From NCBI GenBank assembly GCA_025361065.1, contig JANYAY010000010.1, forward strand, positions 12,695 through 76,694: DNA of 64,000 nucleotides, read 5' to 3'. The notes beneath the pieces are model-generated. The model saw only the letters and a list, made by a program, of their open reading frames with translations, searched no databases and was not told where the DNA came from. Within the stretch, counting starts at the first letter, position 1, and each line of letters starts with the position of its first letter. The position numbers and the translations under genes were made by a program. This document shows positions 8,065 to 17,128 of the stretch, one piece after another. The DNA is from Deltaproteobacteria bacterium. GTDB taxonomy: Bacteria > Desulfobacterota > Syntrophia > Syntrophales > Smithellaceae.

Positions 8065-8135
8065 GTCATACCGGCGCAGGCCGGAATCTAGGAAGCACCT
8101 AAATAATACTGGATACCGGCCTGCGCCGGTATGAC
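8065..8135 (+). repeat. Perfect 20-bp GC-rich inverted repeat in the leader of the TPR gene
   Basis: GTCATACCGGCGCAGGCCGG (8065-8084) pairs with CCGGCCTGCGCCGGTATGAC (8116-8135) across a 31-nt spacer. Confidence 0.85.
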
Positions 8136-8181
8136 ATAATTGTTTGTTATATAGTTTGGCAAAGGTCTCTAGATATTAATT

Positions 8182-9438
8182 ATGAGCGAAAATTTCATAA
8201 CATCCTATACCAATCAATATACCGTATCATTATATACAACCAATTATGGAGTATCCACAGATTCTATAAATAACTTATTTACTTCAACCTATGCCAGAAC
8301 TCAGGACAGACTGGATGCTCTTTCCGGAACGATTTTGGTCCAGGGAATCGATTATTTTCAAGACGCCAACTATGACCAGGCCATTAAATCTTTCAAGCAG
8401 GCTGCCGCTCTTTCACCTTCTTCCGACAATGCCGCAAAAGCATACGGCTATATCGGACAGGCTTATGCCAGACTGGAAGAAACGGATAAAGCGATTAACA
8501 CCTACAAGGAAGCCATCCGGCTTTATCCGGCAGACGACACGTTCTACATAGCTCTGGGCGATATCTATCTGGAAGAGGATATGCTGGAGGAAGCAACCAC
8601 GGCATATCGACAGGCGGTCAATATCAATTCCAATAACGCCGAGAGTCAGTATTCTCTGGGACAAGCCTATCTTAACGCCGGCGAACTGGACAAGGCCAAT
8701 GATCGATTTTCCGAGATTGTCCGGATCAGCCCCAACAGTGCAACGGGCTACTATGGATTAGGCCAGTCTGCCCGACAGGACGGTGATCTGGAAAACGCAG
8801 TTTCTCAATTGACCAAAGCCATCAGCGTCAATAAGGACTTTGAACTGGCGCACCTTGAACTGGGTTATGCCTATGCCGATATGGGTGAATTTCAAAAAGC
8901 TCAAGATGTTTTGGCGACACTGGAAGTTAAAGAATCAACTAAAACAACAGATCTGGAAAATTATATTACTCGGGTCACTCAGCCCCGAATAAATATGGTT
9001 CTTAGTTTGAATGGATTCAACACCAGACTTCCGGCGCATACGGAAATCGCCAAGCTAAGTTCCACCCTGCAAGATGCAAATAAATCAAAACTTTTTTCCC
9101 TGAGCTTTACCTTTTCCAAAGAGATGGATCAGGCATCCATAATCAATCCCTATAACTGGAAAATATCCCGGGCCACAATCCAGGAAAACGGCGGCGTGTA
9201 TAATGGCGGTCTGATCCCGCCTTCCACGGAAGCCACAATTCTTCCTAAACCCACATATGTTACCTATGACGCAGACTCTGATAAAGCTATCGTCTATTTT
9301 CGGCTTTATCAAAATGAAACCGCCGATGCAACCATTGACCCCAATCATATCGTCTTCAAATTCTCTGGCATTGATGCCTACAGCAAGAGTATGGATACGT
9401 CCGCCGATGAATACAGTGGGTTTTCCAAAATAGCATAA
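8182..9438 (+). CDS. TPR-repeat protein with a beta-rich C-terminal domain
   Basis: 418 aa. It has about six TPR-like units (e.g. AKAYGYIGQAYARLEETDKAINTYKEAIRLYP), followed by a non-helical region of about 140 aa. Confidence 0.75.
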   Translation: MSENFITSYTNQYTVSLYTTNYGVSTDSINNLFTSTYARTQDRLDALSGTILVQGIDYFQDANYDQAIKSFKQAAALSPSSDNAAKAYGYIGQAYARLEETDKAINTYKEAIRLYPADDTFYIALGDIYLEEDMLEEATTAYRQAVNINSNNAESQYSLGQAYLNAGELDKANDRFSEIVRISPNSATGYYGLGQSARQDGDLENAVSQLTKAISVNKDFELAHLELGYAYADMGEFQKAQDVLATLEVKESTKTTDLENYITRVTQPRINMVLSLNGFNTRLPAHTEIAKLSSTLQDANKSKLFSLSFTFSKEMDQASIINPYNWKISRATIQENGGVYNGGLIPPSTEATILPKPTYVTYDADSDKAIVYFRLYQNETADATIDPNHIVFKFSGIDAYSKSMDTSADEYSGFSKIA

Positions 9439-9579
9439 TTATTATGTCTTCGATTTATCAATGGAAGGGAAGGCAGACATGAGTAAAACTACAGCAATGC
9501 CATCTTTAGCAATATCAATTAATCTTTCCGGAAGGCAAGAGCAGATTAGTTCTCAATCTTACAATGATCAGTCTCCGGT

Positions 9580-9789
9580 CTATTTTCTTCCTGTTTTACT
9601 ACTGCTATCATCTTCCGGCACCTGACTTTTCTCCTGAGTATGTTGGTCAATATCCTGCCGGTGGACGGCAATATTGCGCGGCGCTTCAACGCCGATCCGA
9701 ATATATTTTCCCTTGCTCTCCAGAATAGTTATTTTAATGTCGTCGCCGATTGTAATCGATTCACCAAACTTCCGTGTCAGGACAAGCAT
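9580..9789 (-). CDS. csrA: Carbon storage regulator CsrA
   Basis: [39 protein letters not shown] is the canonical CsrA core, followed by a C-terminal extension of about 20 aa. Confidence 0.95.
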   Translation of the reverse strand: MLVLTRKFGESITIGDDIKITILESKGKYIRIGVEAPRNIAVHRQDIDQHTQEKSQVPEDDSSSKTGRK

Positions 9790-9810
9790 TTTGCCTCCAG
9801 CAAATATTTA

Positions 9811-12564
9811 TTAAAGGTAAGTCATAATCGTCATTTTCCCAATTTGCGCAGCCAGGTTATATGACGCCTGCAAAGCTATCTGTTGCATTTGAAAAGATGT
9901 TATTAACTTTGCCAAATCTGCATCTTCAATACCGGACTTCATTGATGCTAATTGTTCGGTAAAAGCTGTATGGTTCGTACTGGTAAGATCTAAAGAACTC
10001 GCTTTGGCGCCGGCTTCTGTTTGCTTCTGCAATACTTGCGTTTGAATATTTTTTAAATCCGCGATTTGTGCGGACACTGCAGTCATATCATGAGCAGTCA
10101 AGGCCGATTTGAGCGCATTTAGTGTCTTCAGCAGATCAACACTACCCGGACCATGGACCGTAACGGCGCTGACTTGCGACGATGCACCTGCTGTAATCGT
10201 AAAAGAGGCCGTGTTATTTGCATTCCACTTGCCCGATAGATCCAACGTTACGTCATTTGTTCCGTCATTATCGGCATCAATGGTAACTGTGGTAGCGCTA
10301 GTCGAAGTAATAACCATATTCGGATATTGAGAGTTACTCGTCAGCGACCAGCTTCCGGCGGAGGCGCCGCGGGTAAGAGTAATCGTATCGTCCACTGTCA
10401 AACCGGCCCCCGCGCCAACGACGGAAGCAGCGGCAATAGGCCCATTGGCCGCAGTAAAGGCGGAAGATCCTTTGATGTTATAAACAAAATTATTGCTTTT
10501 ACCGACTTGCACGGTCAATTGATCATCGTTACCCCGGTAATAACCGGCGGAATAAGCGTTCACCGTAAACAAATCATTAGCGGTAAGATGCTGAGAACCG
10601 GAATCGTTAATCGTCATATTTATACCATCGCCCAAAGTTATAGACGTGGCTGTTGTTGAGGCAATTGTGCCGAAATCGAGTGCATTGACAGGGTTGGTGG
10701 TAGTAAGGGTCATTGCCAACTGGCTTGCTCCAGTTGTGTTATCCGTTACTTCTATTCTTCCATCTGCAGTAATCGAAGCGGTGCCTCCTAAAGTCGTCCC
10801 AATTTTGTCGAGCAATTCCTGCACCGTGCCTGTAACCGCATTGTTTATTGTATATGTCCCTGCTACGGCGGTGCCGTCATGCTTTTTCCCGGTAATGACT
10901 ATAGTGGTACCATCCTGAACATTGGCGCCGGTAATTTTGTTCCAGACTGTTGCAGCTGTAATGGCGGATCCGCCGGCCGTATTCACTTTGCTCCCCTGCA
11001 GCGCCTGAGGCGGAAGAGTTTGCTCCGTTCCCCAGGTTTTACCACCATCAATAGACATTTTATAAGTTGCCGCAGCCAATGTTCCGCCTGTAGTAATTTT
11101 TACGGCATATGTTTTGTTTTCTATTCCCGTATAAGTGCCACTGGACGCTACAGTGCCGTTAAATGTATTGGCTGTCGCCGCGAAGGCAGCGTCAATACTG
11201 GTAGCGATTGCATCCAGCGTAAATGAATCACCGGCAGCAAGATCCTTTGTACCGGCGGTAAAGGTCATTTTTATCCCGTCACCTAAAGTTGTTTGTGCAG
11301 ACAGGCCAGATTGTGTTGAACCCCAAATTATACCGCCGTCGGCGGAAATTTGATAAGTTGCCGCAGCCAATGTTCCGCCTGTAATAATTTTTAAAGCATA
11401 TGTTTTGTTTTCCATTCCCGTATAAGTGCCACTGGAGGTGACCGTGCCGTTAAAATTATTAACCGGTGTTGCGGTTGGGTTTCCAATACCGGCAGCAGTT
11501 GCATTCACGGTAAATGAATCATTGGCAGTAAGATCCTGTGTGCCGGTAGTAAAGGCCAATGTTAATCCGTCAGTACCTAAAGCACTGCTTCCGGGGTTGA
11601 GAGCAGTTGTAATGTCAGTTCCGTTCCAACTTGTACCACCATCGGTAGAATATTGATATGTTGCAACACCCAACACTCCGGTATTGGTTATCTTTACAAG
11701 ATACGTTTGGTCTGTTGTTCCCATATAAGTGCCACTAGACTGAATGGTGCCGTCAAATATATTGGTTTGTGCTGCGTTTACGTTTCCGGTAATGGCAGCG
11801 GTAGCATTTACAGTATAGGAATCATTGGCAGAAAGATTATGAGCGCCGGCGCCGGGCGTAAAGGTCATGGTAACGCCCAGTCCATCCCCAAAATCTATCG
11901 GGGCGGAAAGATCTGTTTGTGTCGCACTCCATGTTGTTCCGCCATCGGCAGACACCTGATACGTTGCGTCGGCCAAATCGGCTGCCGTTCCTCCATCAAT
12001 GATTTTTACAGCATACGTTTTGTTTACTGTCCCCGTATAAGTGCCAATGGATGTGACCGTACCGTCAAAATTATTAACCGGCGCTGCACTTACATCTCCA
12101 ATCTTACCAACGGGTGTTGCTGAGAATGGCGCGACATCAGTTTTTGATCCGCCAAACAAATAACTGTCGCCTTGTTTGGCATTCATCAGTGATAAGGCGT
12201 CATCAATCATCGCAGAGAGAATCGCGGCATTAGAATCCATTGTTTCATCAGACGCCACAGCGCTGGACTGGGAAGCCGCAATATCCTGGGCCTGGGTAAT
12301 CATTTTACCAATACTGGTAAAATTTGTGTCTGTTAAAGATAACCATGTTTGGGTGTTGGTGATATTGGTTTGATATTGCTCTATGGAGGCCATTGCCGAA
12401 GTGTAATTCAATATATTGCCGGCGCCGGTCGGATCATCCGACGGCCTGTTGATATTTTTTTGGGTAGATATCTTTTCCATCAGGTTGGCGGATTGTCCTT
12501 GAACCTTAAACAAACTATTGGTAATAGTATTAAATTTCATATTTTCCGTAACGCGGTTAATCAT
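9811..12564 (-). CDS. flgL: Hook-filament junction protein FlgL (HAP3), unusually large at 917 aa
   Basis: The N-terminus reads MINRVTENMKF..INRPSDDPTGA. The C-terminus reads DADLAKLITSFQMQQIALQASYNLAAQIGKMTIMTYL. It sits directly downstream of flgK. Confidence 0.9.
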   Translation of the reverse strand: MINRVTENMKFNTITNSLFKVQGQSANLMEKISTQKNINRPSDDPTGAGNILNYTSAMASIEQYQTNITNTQTWLSLTDTNFTSIGKMITQAQDIAASQSSAVASDETMDSNAAILSAMIDDALSLMNAKQGDSYLFGGSKTDVAPFSATPVGKIGDVSAAPVNNFDGTVTSIGTYTGTVNKTYAVKIIDGGTAADLADATYQVSADGGTTWSATQTDLSAPIDFGDGLGVTMTFTPGAGAHNLSANDSYTVNATAAITGNVNAAQTNIFDGTIQSSGTYMGTTDQTYLVKITNTGVLGVATYQYSTDGGTSWNGTDITTALNPGSSALGTDGLTLAFTTGTQDLTANDSFTVNATAAGIGNPTATPVNNFNGTVTSSGTYTGMENKTYALKIITGGTLAAATYQISADGGIIWGSTQSGLSAQTTLGDGIKMTFTAGTKDLAAGDSFTLDAIATSIDAAFAATANTFNGTVASSGTYTGIENKTYAVKITTGGTLAAATYKMSIDGGKTWGTEQTLPPQALQGSKVNTAGGSAITAATVWNKITGANVQDGTTIVITGKKHDGTAVAGTYTINNAVTGTVQELLDKIGTTLGGTASITADGRIEVTDNTTGASQLAMTLTTTNPVNALDFGTIASTTATSITLGDGINMTINDSGSQHLTANDLFTVNAYSAGYYRGNDDQLTVQVGKSNNFVYNIKGSSAFTAANGPIAAASVVGAGAGLTVDDTITLTRGASAGSWSLTSNSQYPNMVITSTSATTVTIDADNDGTNDVTLDLSGKWNANNTASFTITAGASSQVSAVTVHGPGSVDLLKTLNALKSALTAHDMTAVSAQIADLKNIQTQVLQKQTEAGAKASSLDLTSTNHTAFTEQLASMKSGIEDADLAKLITSFQMQQIALQASYNLAAQIGKMTIMTYL
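11014..12078 (-). repeat. Tandem ~97-codon repeats inside flgL, about 3.5 units
   Basis: The protein units start NNFDGTVTS.GTYTG..NKTYAVKI and each contains SxDGGxxW. At DNA level 11062-11172 and 11353-11463 are roughly 90% identical by eye, offset by 291 nt. Confidence 0.85.
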
Positions 12565-12582
12565 CGGCGAAAGCCTCCTTCC

Positions 12583-14262
12583 CTATTGCCCCAGCGCAAT
12601 TAAAGTGTCCATCATATCCGAAACAATCTTGGTCACCCGGCCGGCGGCATTATACGCCATCTGATACTTAATCAGGTTCAACATCTCTTCGTCCAGAGAA
12701 ACACCGGAAAGCATTTCTCTTTGACTGTTATTCTGAGTAGCCGTTGCCTGTTCGCGAGTCAAAACCGTGGCCGAGCTTGCAACATCCTGGCCCATTTTGG
12801 CCATAAAGGCGCTGTAATACCCACTTATACTTGTTGTATTATCTTTCTTCGTGAGGGAAAATGAAAGAGTATCGTTATTCGCCCAGGTGCCGGACAAATT
12901 TAAAGTTATATCGGCGGTCTCATTTCCGTTCAGATCGAGAGTAACACTCTTATCGTCAGCAGATAATACGCGCAGCGACGAATATCCGCCGTCCGCAAAG
13001 ACCGTCCAATCCGCGGAAGATGCACCACGCGTCAGTGTTATGGCTGCGGTTGTACTTTTATATACCTGTCCGATATTATTAATCTGGCCTGATGCAAAAG
13101 CGGTAACCGAAGATGTAGTAACCCTTTCTAAAGAGGCATACATTTTATCGTCTTTAATCGCAGTCATCGCGGTGGCATTATCACCATCAGCATTGAGAGT
13201 GGCAGAAGCGGCAATTTTTCTCGTATCGGCAACTATTGCCGCACTGACTTCCATATCCTTTGCTTCCGCAGCCGGCTTGAAAAAAACATCCCCGATATTG
13301 CCATCCTGATCGTATCCGGCCATATGTTGAGAGTTTACTTTATTTATAATACTGGAAGCCGTCTGATTTAACTCGTCAATGTAATCCGGCAGGATAACAT
13401 CCCTGATATTCAATAAACCACCCAACTCACCACCTTGAATATCTTGATTCAACGGATTGTTCACGTCGTCGGTAAAAACAATGTCATTTAAATTAGAGTT
13501 GGCAGAATTAGTCTGCACCTGCAATTGCCATTTATTATCCCCTTCCACAAGAGACTTGCCGTTGGAGGGCAGATAAATGTATAGTGACCCGTCACTTTGC
13601 TCAATATAATTAACATCAATTATTGAACTTATTTTACCCAAAAGCTCCATTCGATTGTCACTAAGCGACGTTGCCTGGCCGCCGGCACTTTCGGTTCTGA
13701 CGATTTCCGCATTTAAAGCGGCCATGTCACTCAAATATCCGTTTAATTTTTCAACATCATTGGCTATGGTTTGATCAGCGTTACTTTGGATGCTGGACAG
13801 TGCATCCGCTCTTGAATTAATAACAGCGGTCAGATTTTGCGCTGTCGAGATAACTACATTCCTCTCAGCTTCTCCTGACGGATTGGCGGAAAGATTGTCC
13901 CAGGCGCTCCAGAACCGGCTTAGCACATCATTAATACCGCCTCCATTGCTTTCATTTAAGACACCTTCAACTTGCGTCAATAAATTATTACGCGCCGTGG
14001 CACTGCCCACAGACGAATCCTGAACAACTATTTGAGAATCCAGATATTTATCAAAAATTCTCCGTATCTCAGATATTTTTACCCCAACCTGTTCCTGACT
14101 CGAATTAGGATCTTTCGTTCCCACAGATTCAAATACCGGAGTAAGTCTGGAATAGCCGGGCGTATTGACATTGGCGATATTTGAACCGGTAACATTAATT
14201 GCCGTCAAATTACTAAGAATAGCTTGTTTTGCTGTATATAAGACACTGCCAATATTAGACAT
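12583..14262 (-). CDS. flgK: Hook-associated protein FlgK (HAP1)
   Basis: The N-terminus reads LYTAKQAILSNLTAINVTGSNIANVNTPGYSR. The C-terminus reads LDEEMLNLIKYQMAYNAAGRV. Confidence 0.95.
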   Translation of the reverse strand: MSNIGSVLYTAKQAILSNLTAINVTGSNIANVNTPGYSRLTPVFESVGTKDPNSSQEQVGVKISEIRRIFDKYLDSQIVVQDSSVGSATARNNLLTQVEGVLNESNGGGINDVLSRFWSAWDNLSANPSGEAERNVVISTAQNLTAVINSRADALSSIQSNADQTIANDVEKLNGYLSDMAALNAEIVRTESAGGQATSLSDNRMELLGKISSIIDVNYIEQSDGSLYIYLPSNGKSLVEGDNKWQLQVQTNSANSNLNDIVFTDDVNNPLNQDIQGGELGGLLNIRDVILPDYIDELNQTASSIINKVNSQHMAGYDQDGNIGDVFFKPAAEAKDMEVSAAIVADTRKIAASATLNADGDNATAMTAIKDDKMYASLERVTTSSVTAFASGQINNIGQVYKSTTAAITLTRGASSADWTVFADGGYSSLRVLSADDKSVTLDLNGNETADITLNLSGTWANNDTLSFSLTKKDNTTSISGYYSAFMAKMGQDVASSATVLTREQATATQNNSQREMLSGVSLDEEMLNLIKYQMAYNAAGRVTKIVSDMMDTLIALGQ

Positions 14263-14265
14263 GAC

Positions 14266-14814
14266 TTAGCCTTCCTTATGCAAAAATGTGCCGTTATTAT
14301 CCGTTGATTTAATTTTGCCGCACTGCAGGTAAACTGATCCCGAAGACATAATTGAATTTATAAAATCCAGAGAGCTCTTGATGTTGGTCATAGAAGCCTC
14401 CAGCAAATCCTGATTTGCTGCATTTAATGCACTAATTTCTCCGGCAATTAATACCAATTCATCTCTAATTTCCTCTATTTCCTTCCTTTGTTCATGACCT
14501 GCATAACCGGCTAATTGAGAAAGTTTGAGGTCATTTGTTCTTATATCGAGACTCCGGGCAATCTTCTTTAAAATATTTGTTCTTGCTTCCGCCAGCATTC
14601 GCGCTTTCAGAATTATATTTTCCTTAAGCGCATTGGTATGGTTAAATTCGCCAAGATTTGGTTTTATTAAAATCTTTTTTTCGCCAATAATTGTACTTTT
14701 CAGCTCCTGATAAACTGCTAATTCTTTTCTTAATATCTCTATCAGCGAGGTAAAAATATATTCGCAGGAGTTCTCTTCTTGCGAGTTTGTCAAGCTTATG
14801 CTCTGCTCTAACAT
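14266..14814 (-). CDS. flgN: FlgN-like export chaperone
   Basis: 182-aa helical protein between flgM and flgK, which is the conserved flgM-flgN-flgK order. The N-terminus has the LxxELxxYxxL pattern. Confidence 0.65.
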   Translation of the reverse strand: MLEQSISLTNSQEENSCEYIFTSLIEILRKELAVYQELKSTIIGEKKILIKPNLGEFNHTNALKENIILKARMLAEARTNILKKIARSLDIRTNDLKLSQLAGYAGHEQRKEIEEIRDELVLIAGEISALNAANQDLLEASMTNIKSSLDFINSIMSSGSVYLQCGKIKSTDNNGTFLHKEG

Positions 14815-14964
14815 AGCAATATCCTTATATTAACTTAGCGGATAAATTTAACGTTGGTGTGTCCGCCCAAAGGCTGACCTGAGAAAAGATATAGGCTGGT
14901 CTTCCTGATAGGAAGAATAAAAGATGGGAAACATCTATTAATTCAGAATTATTTTGCCTCTTTT

Positions 14965-15273
14965 TTAAGCAAAAAGATCAATGATCGATTCTCCCACCAT
15001 TTTCCCGGCAATCTTTTCGGCACTAACGTTGTATGTTCCCTTTTCTACCTGACCCTTGATTTCCTGTACTTTTTGTTCACGTACGTCAGGTACCTCGGAC
15101 AACGCATTTTTTACTAGCTGACTGTCTTTTGCCTGGGTGGAAATATCAACCTTTTCTTCTGTTTTTATTGTCGCACTGGCGACCTGCTTATCAGAATTGG
15201 CTACATAGTTGTCGTTTTTCTGATAATGCTGAACCATTTGCGAACTGACATCTTTAACATCGGAAATTTTCAT
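14965..15273 (-). CDS. flgM: Anti-sigma28 factor FlgM
   Basis: The C-terminus DVREQKVQEIKGQVEKGTYNVSAEKIAGKMV is the FlgM signature. The ATG at 15273 lies 9 nt after AAGGAG. The ORF-track start at 15330 would include the promoter. Confidence 0.85.
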   Translation of the reverse strand: MKISDVKDVSSQMVQHYQKNDNYVANSDKQVASATIKTEEKVDISTQAKDSQLVKNALSEVPDVREQKVQEIKGQVEKGTYNVSAEKIAGKMVGESIIDLFA

Positions 15274-15307
15274 ATAATGCTCTCCTTGAAACTTTATCTT
15301 ACTCCAC

Positions 15308-15335
15308 CTATCGGCAAAATCAACAAACAACTTAA
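15308..15335 (-). promoter_or_regulatory. sigma28 promoter of flgM
   Basis: Minus sense reads TAAG-N15-GCCGATAG, about 35 nt upstream of the flgM ATG. Confidence 0.65.
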
Positions 15336-15338
15336 ATC

Positions 15339-15680
15339 TTATTTAATTTTCTCTTGGGGGACCTCCTTTGAATAATTTTTGGTTAATTGTTCAAAAAGCA
15401 TTTTTTGCAAACCAAAGCCATTACCCTTATTAGACAATTCTTCGGCAACCCTTTGATCCATAAGCATATAATATGTATCTTTCCCGGATAAGCTCACAGC
15501 GCTGGAACCTTTCGGAACAGTTTCGCGCATTGTTTTCAAAAGATAATAAGTAAAAATTGATTCAAAATCTTTACATGCTTTCTTAATTTTTTGCAGATCA
15601 TCTTTCTTTTGTTTCGGCGTACTTTCGGTATTTTTTGCTTGTTCTATTATATTTTGCGTACTTAAATCTATTGTGCTCAT
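15339..15680 (-). CDS. flgJ: Rod-binding protein corresponding to the FlgJ N-terminal domain only, with no muramidase
   Basis: ACKDFESIFTYYLLKTMRET...GFGLQKMLFEQL matches the rod-binding domain pattern. 113 aa. Confidence 0.8.
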   Translation of the reverse strand: MSTIDLSTQNIIEQAKNTESTPKQKKDDLQKIKKACKDFESIFTYYLLKTMRETVPKGSSAVSLSGKDTYYMLMDQRVAEELSNKGNGFGLQKMLFEQLTKNYSKEVPQEKIK

Positions 15681-15698
15681 GGCAGTCCCTCAATACAT

Positions 15699-16877
15699 CT
15701 AAATAATTTGTAAATCTGCCTGCAAGGCGCCGGCAGCTTTTATTGCCTGCAATATGGTGATCAAATCACGCGGGGAAACACCCAGCGAATTAAGAGCTCT
15801 GACCACATCATAAATTGTCACTCCCTGGGGAACCATCAGTAAGAACTTTTTCTCTTCGGCAACATTTACTGTAGTTTGGGGAATTACAACAGTCTGCCCG
15901 CCGGGAGCAACAATTGTACCTCCCGGACCCGGAGCAGGAGGCGCACCGCCGGCCGGCGGCGCCGGCGCAAAAGGCAAAGGCTGCGATACCTTGGCATCTT
16001 CTTTAATCTGAATACTTAGATTTCCATGGGCAATAGCCACAGTTGATATGCGTACATTATCGCCCATAACGACCGTACCGGTTTTTTCGTTTAACATGAC
16101 AACGGCTACCGCATCGACAGGAACGTCCAGAGATTCAATAAAATAAACAAGTTCCGACAGTGAACCCTCAAATGATTCTCTCGCCTTGACGGAAACCGAA
16201 AAGGAATCTATTTGTTTTGCTTCTACAAAAGATATGGTCTTATTGATGGTTGCGGCCATTCTGGAGGCAGTTGTAAAATCCGGGTGCTGCAAATTAATCA
16301 TCAATGCACGCCGTTGATCAAAATCATTTTTGAGTTCTTTCTCTACAAAGGCTCCGTTAGCAATACCACCCGCCGTGGTATGATTTTTTGATACACCGCC
16401 ACCGGCGCCCCCGGCGGAAAATCCACCCAAAGTTACCGCGCCTTGTGCTACAGCGTATACCGCACCGTCAACACCGCGAAGAGGTGTAATAAGAAGCGTA
16501 CCACCTAAAAGACTTTTTGCAGATCCCAAAGAGGAAACACTCACATCAATCTTCGTTCCAATTTTGGCAAATTGGGGCAGCGAAGCCGTGACTATGACAG
16601 AGGCTACGTTATCCGCTTTCAGTGTCGCCGCCGTGCCTTTCATGGAAAGGCCCTGCCTGCTCATCATGTTGATCAGTGATTCAGTGGTAAAAAGATTCTT
16701 GGTCAAGTCATCTCCGGTCCCGGCCAGACCAACGACAATTCCATAGCCGATAAGTTGATTAGCCCGGACACCACCGACAGCGGCGATGTCTTTAATTCTG
16801 GCGGCATATACAGTGCTGGTCAACATCAGCATTACGACAAACACGGCTAAATAGACTGTAATTTTCGTTATTTTCAT
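15699..16877 (-). CDS. flgI: P-ring protein FlgI
   Basis: ARIKDIAAVGGVRANQLIGYGIVVGLAGTGD and a C-terminus of LQAIKAAGALQADLQII. Confidence 0.97.
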   Translation of the reverse strand: MKITKITVYLAVFVVMLMLTSTVYAARIKDIAAVGGVRANQLIGYGIVVGLAGTGDDLTKNLFTTESLINMMSRQGLSMKGTAATLKADNVASVIVTASLPQFAKIGTKIDVSVSSLGSAKSLLGGTLLITPLRGVDGAVYAVAQGAVTLGGFSAGGAGGGVSKNHTTAGGIANGAFVEKELKNDFDQRRALMINLQHPDFTTASRMAATINKTISFVEAKQIDSFSVSVKARESFEGSLSELVYFIESLDVPVDAVAVVMLNEKTGTVVMGDNVRISTVAIAHGNLSIQIKEDAKVSQPLPFAPAPPAGGAPPAPGPGGTIVAPGGQTVVIPQTTVNVAEEKKFLLMVPQGVTIYDVVRALNSLGVSPRDLITILQAIKAAGALQADLQII

Positions 16878-16900
16878 CTTTCTGCTCCCGCAATTTTACT

Positions 16901-16961
16901 TAGGAGCCGTTACGAAATAACCTGTTCTTTTTCTCTATTTCGTTACGGATCCTTATGCCGT
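16901..16961 (-). repeat. Intergenic hairpin element, copy A (flgH|flgI spacer)
   Basis: Minus sense reads ACGGCATAAGGATCCGTAACGAAAT-agagaaaaagaacaggtt-ATTTCGTAACGGCTCCTA. It ends 24 nt before the flgI ATG. Confidence 0.8.
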
Positions 16962-17128
16962 CTTGCCACCCTTTAGTGGTGGTTTACTATAATTTAAAAA
17001 TCAGGTTTTTTGGAACAACGGCCAAATCCTGTAGTTAGAAATGCTCCTCTTTAACCCCGCTTTGCGGGATAAGTGCGTTAACGAAATCATTTTCTGCCGG
17101 GAAAAAGCAGAAAATAATTTCTAACTTA

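Noticed and set aside
9479-9625. 48-codon plus-strand ORF (MSKTTAMPSLAISINLSG...) after the TPR gene.
   Set aside because: It overlaps the 3' end of csrA on the opposite strand, has a low-complexity tail and no SD. It is probably not a gene.
16937-16961. sigma54 or sigma28 promoter hidden in the conserved ACGGCATAAGGAGCCGT and TTAAGCCGTT parts of the intergenic element.
   Set aside because: The GG-to-GC spacing is 10 rather than 12 and no TTGC is present. The GCCGTT motifs lack a TAAA at the proper distance. The conservation is better explained by base pairing.
16901-16961. The hairpin element, considered as a known riboswitch (such as c-di-GMP) or a tRNA-like gene.
   Set aside because: It is a single long stem with an A-rich loop and has no multi-helix junction. 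I see none of the conserved riboswitch cores or tRNA features I know.
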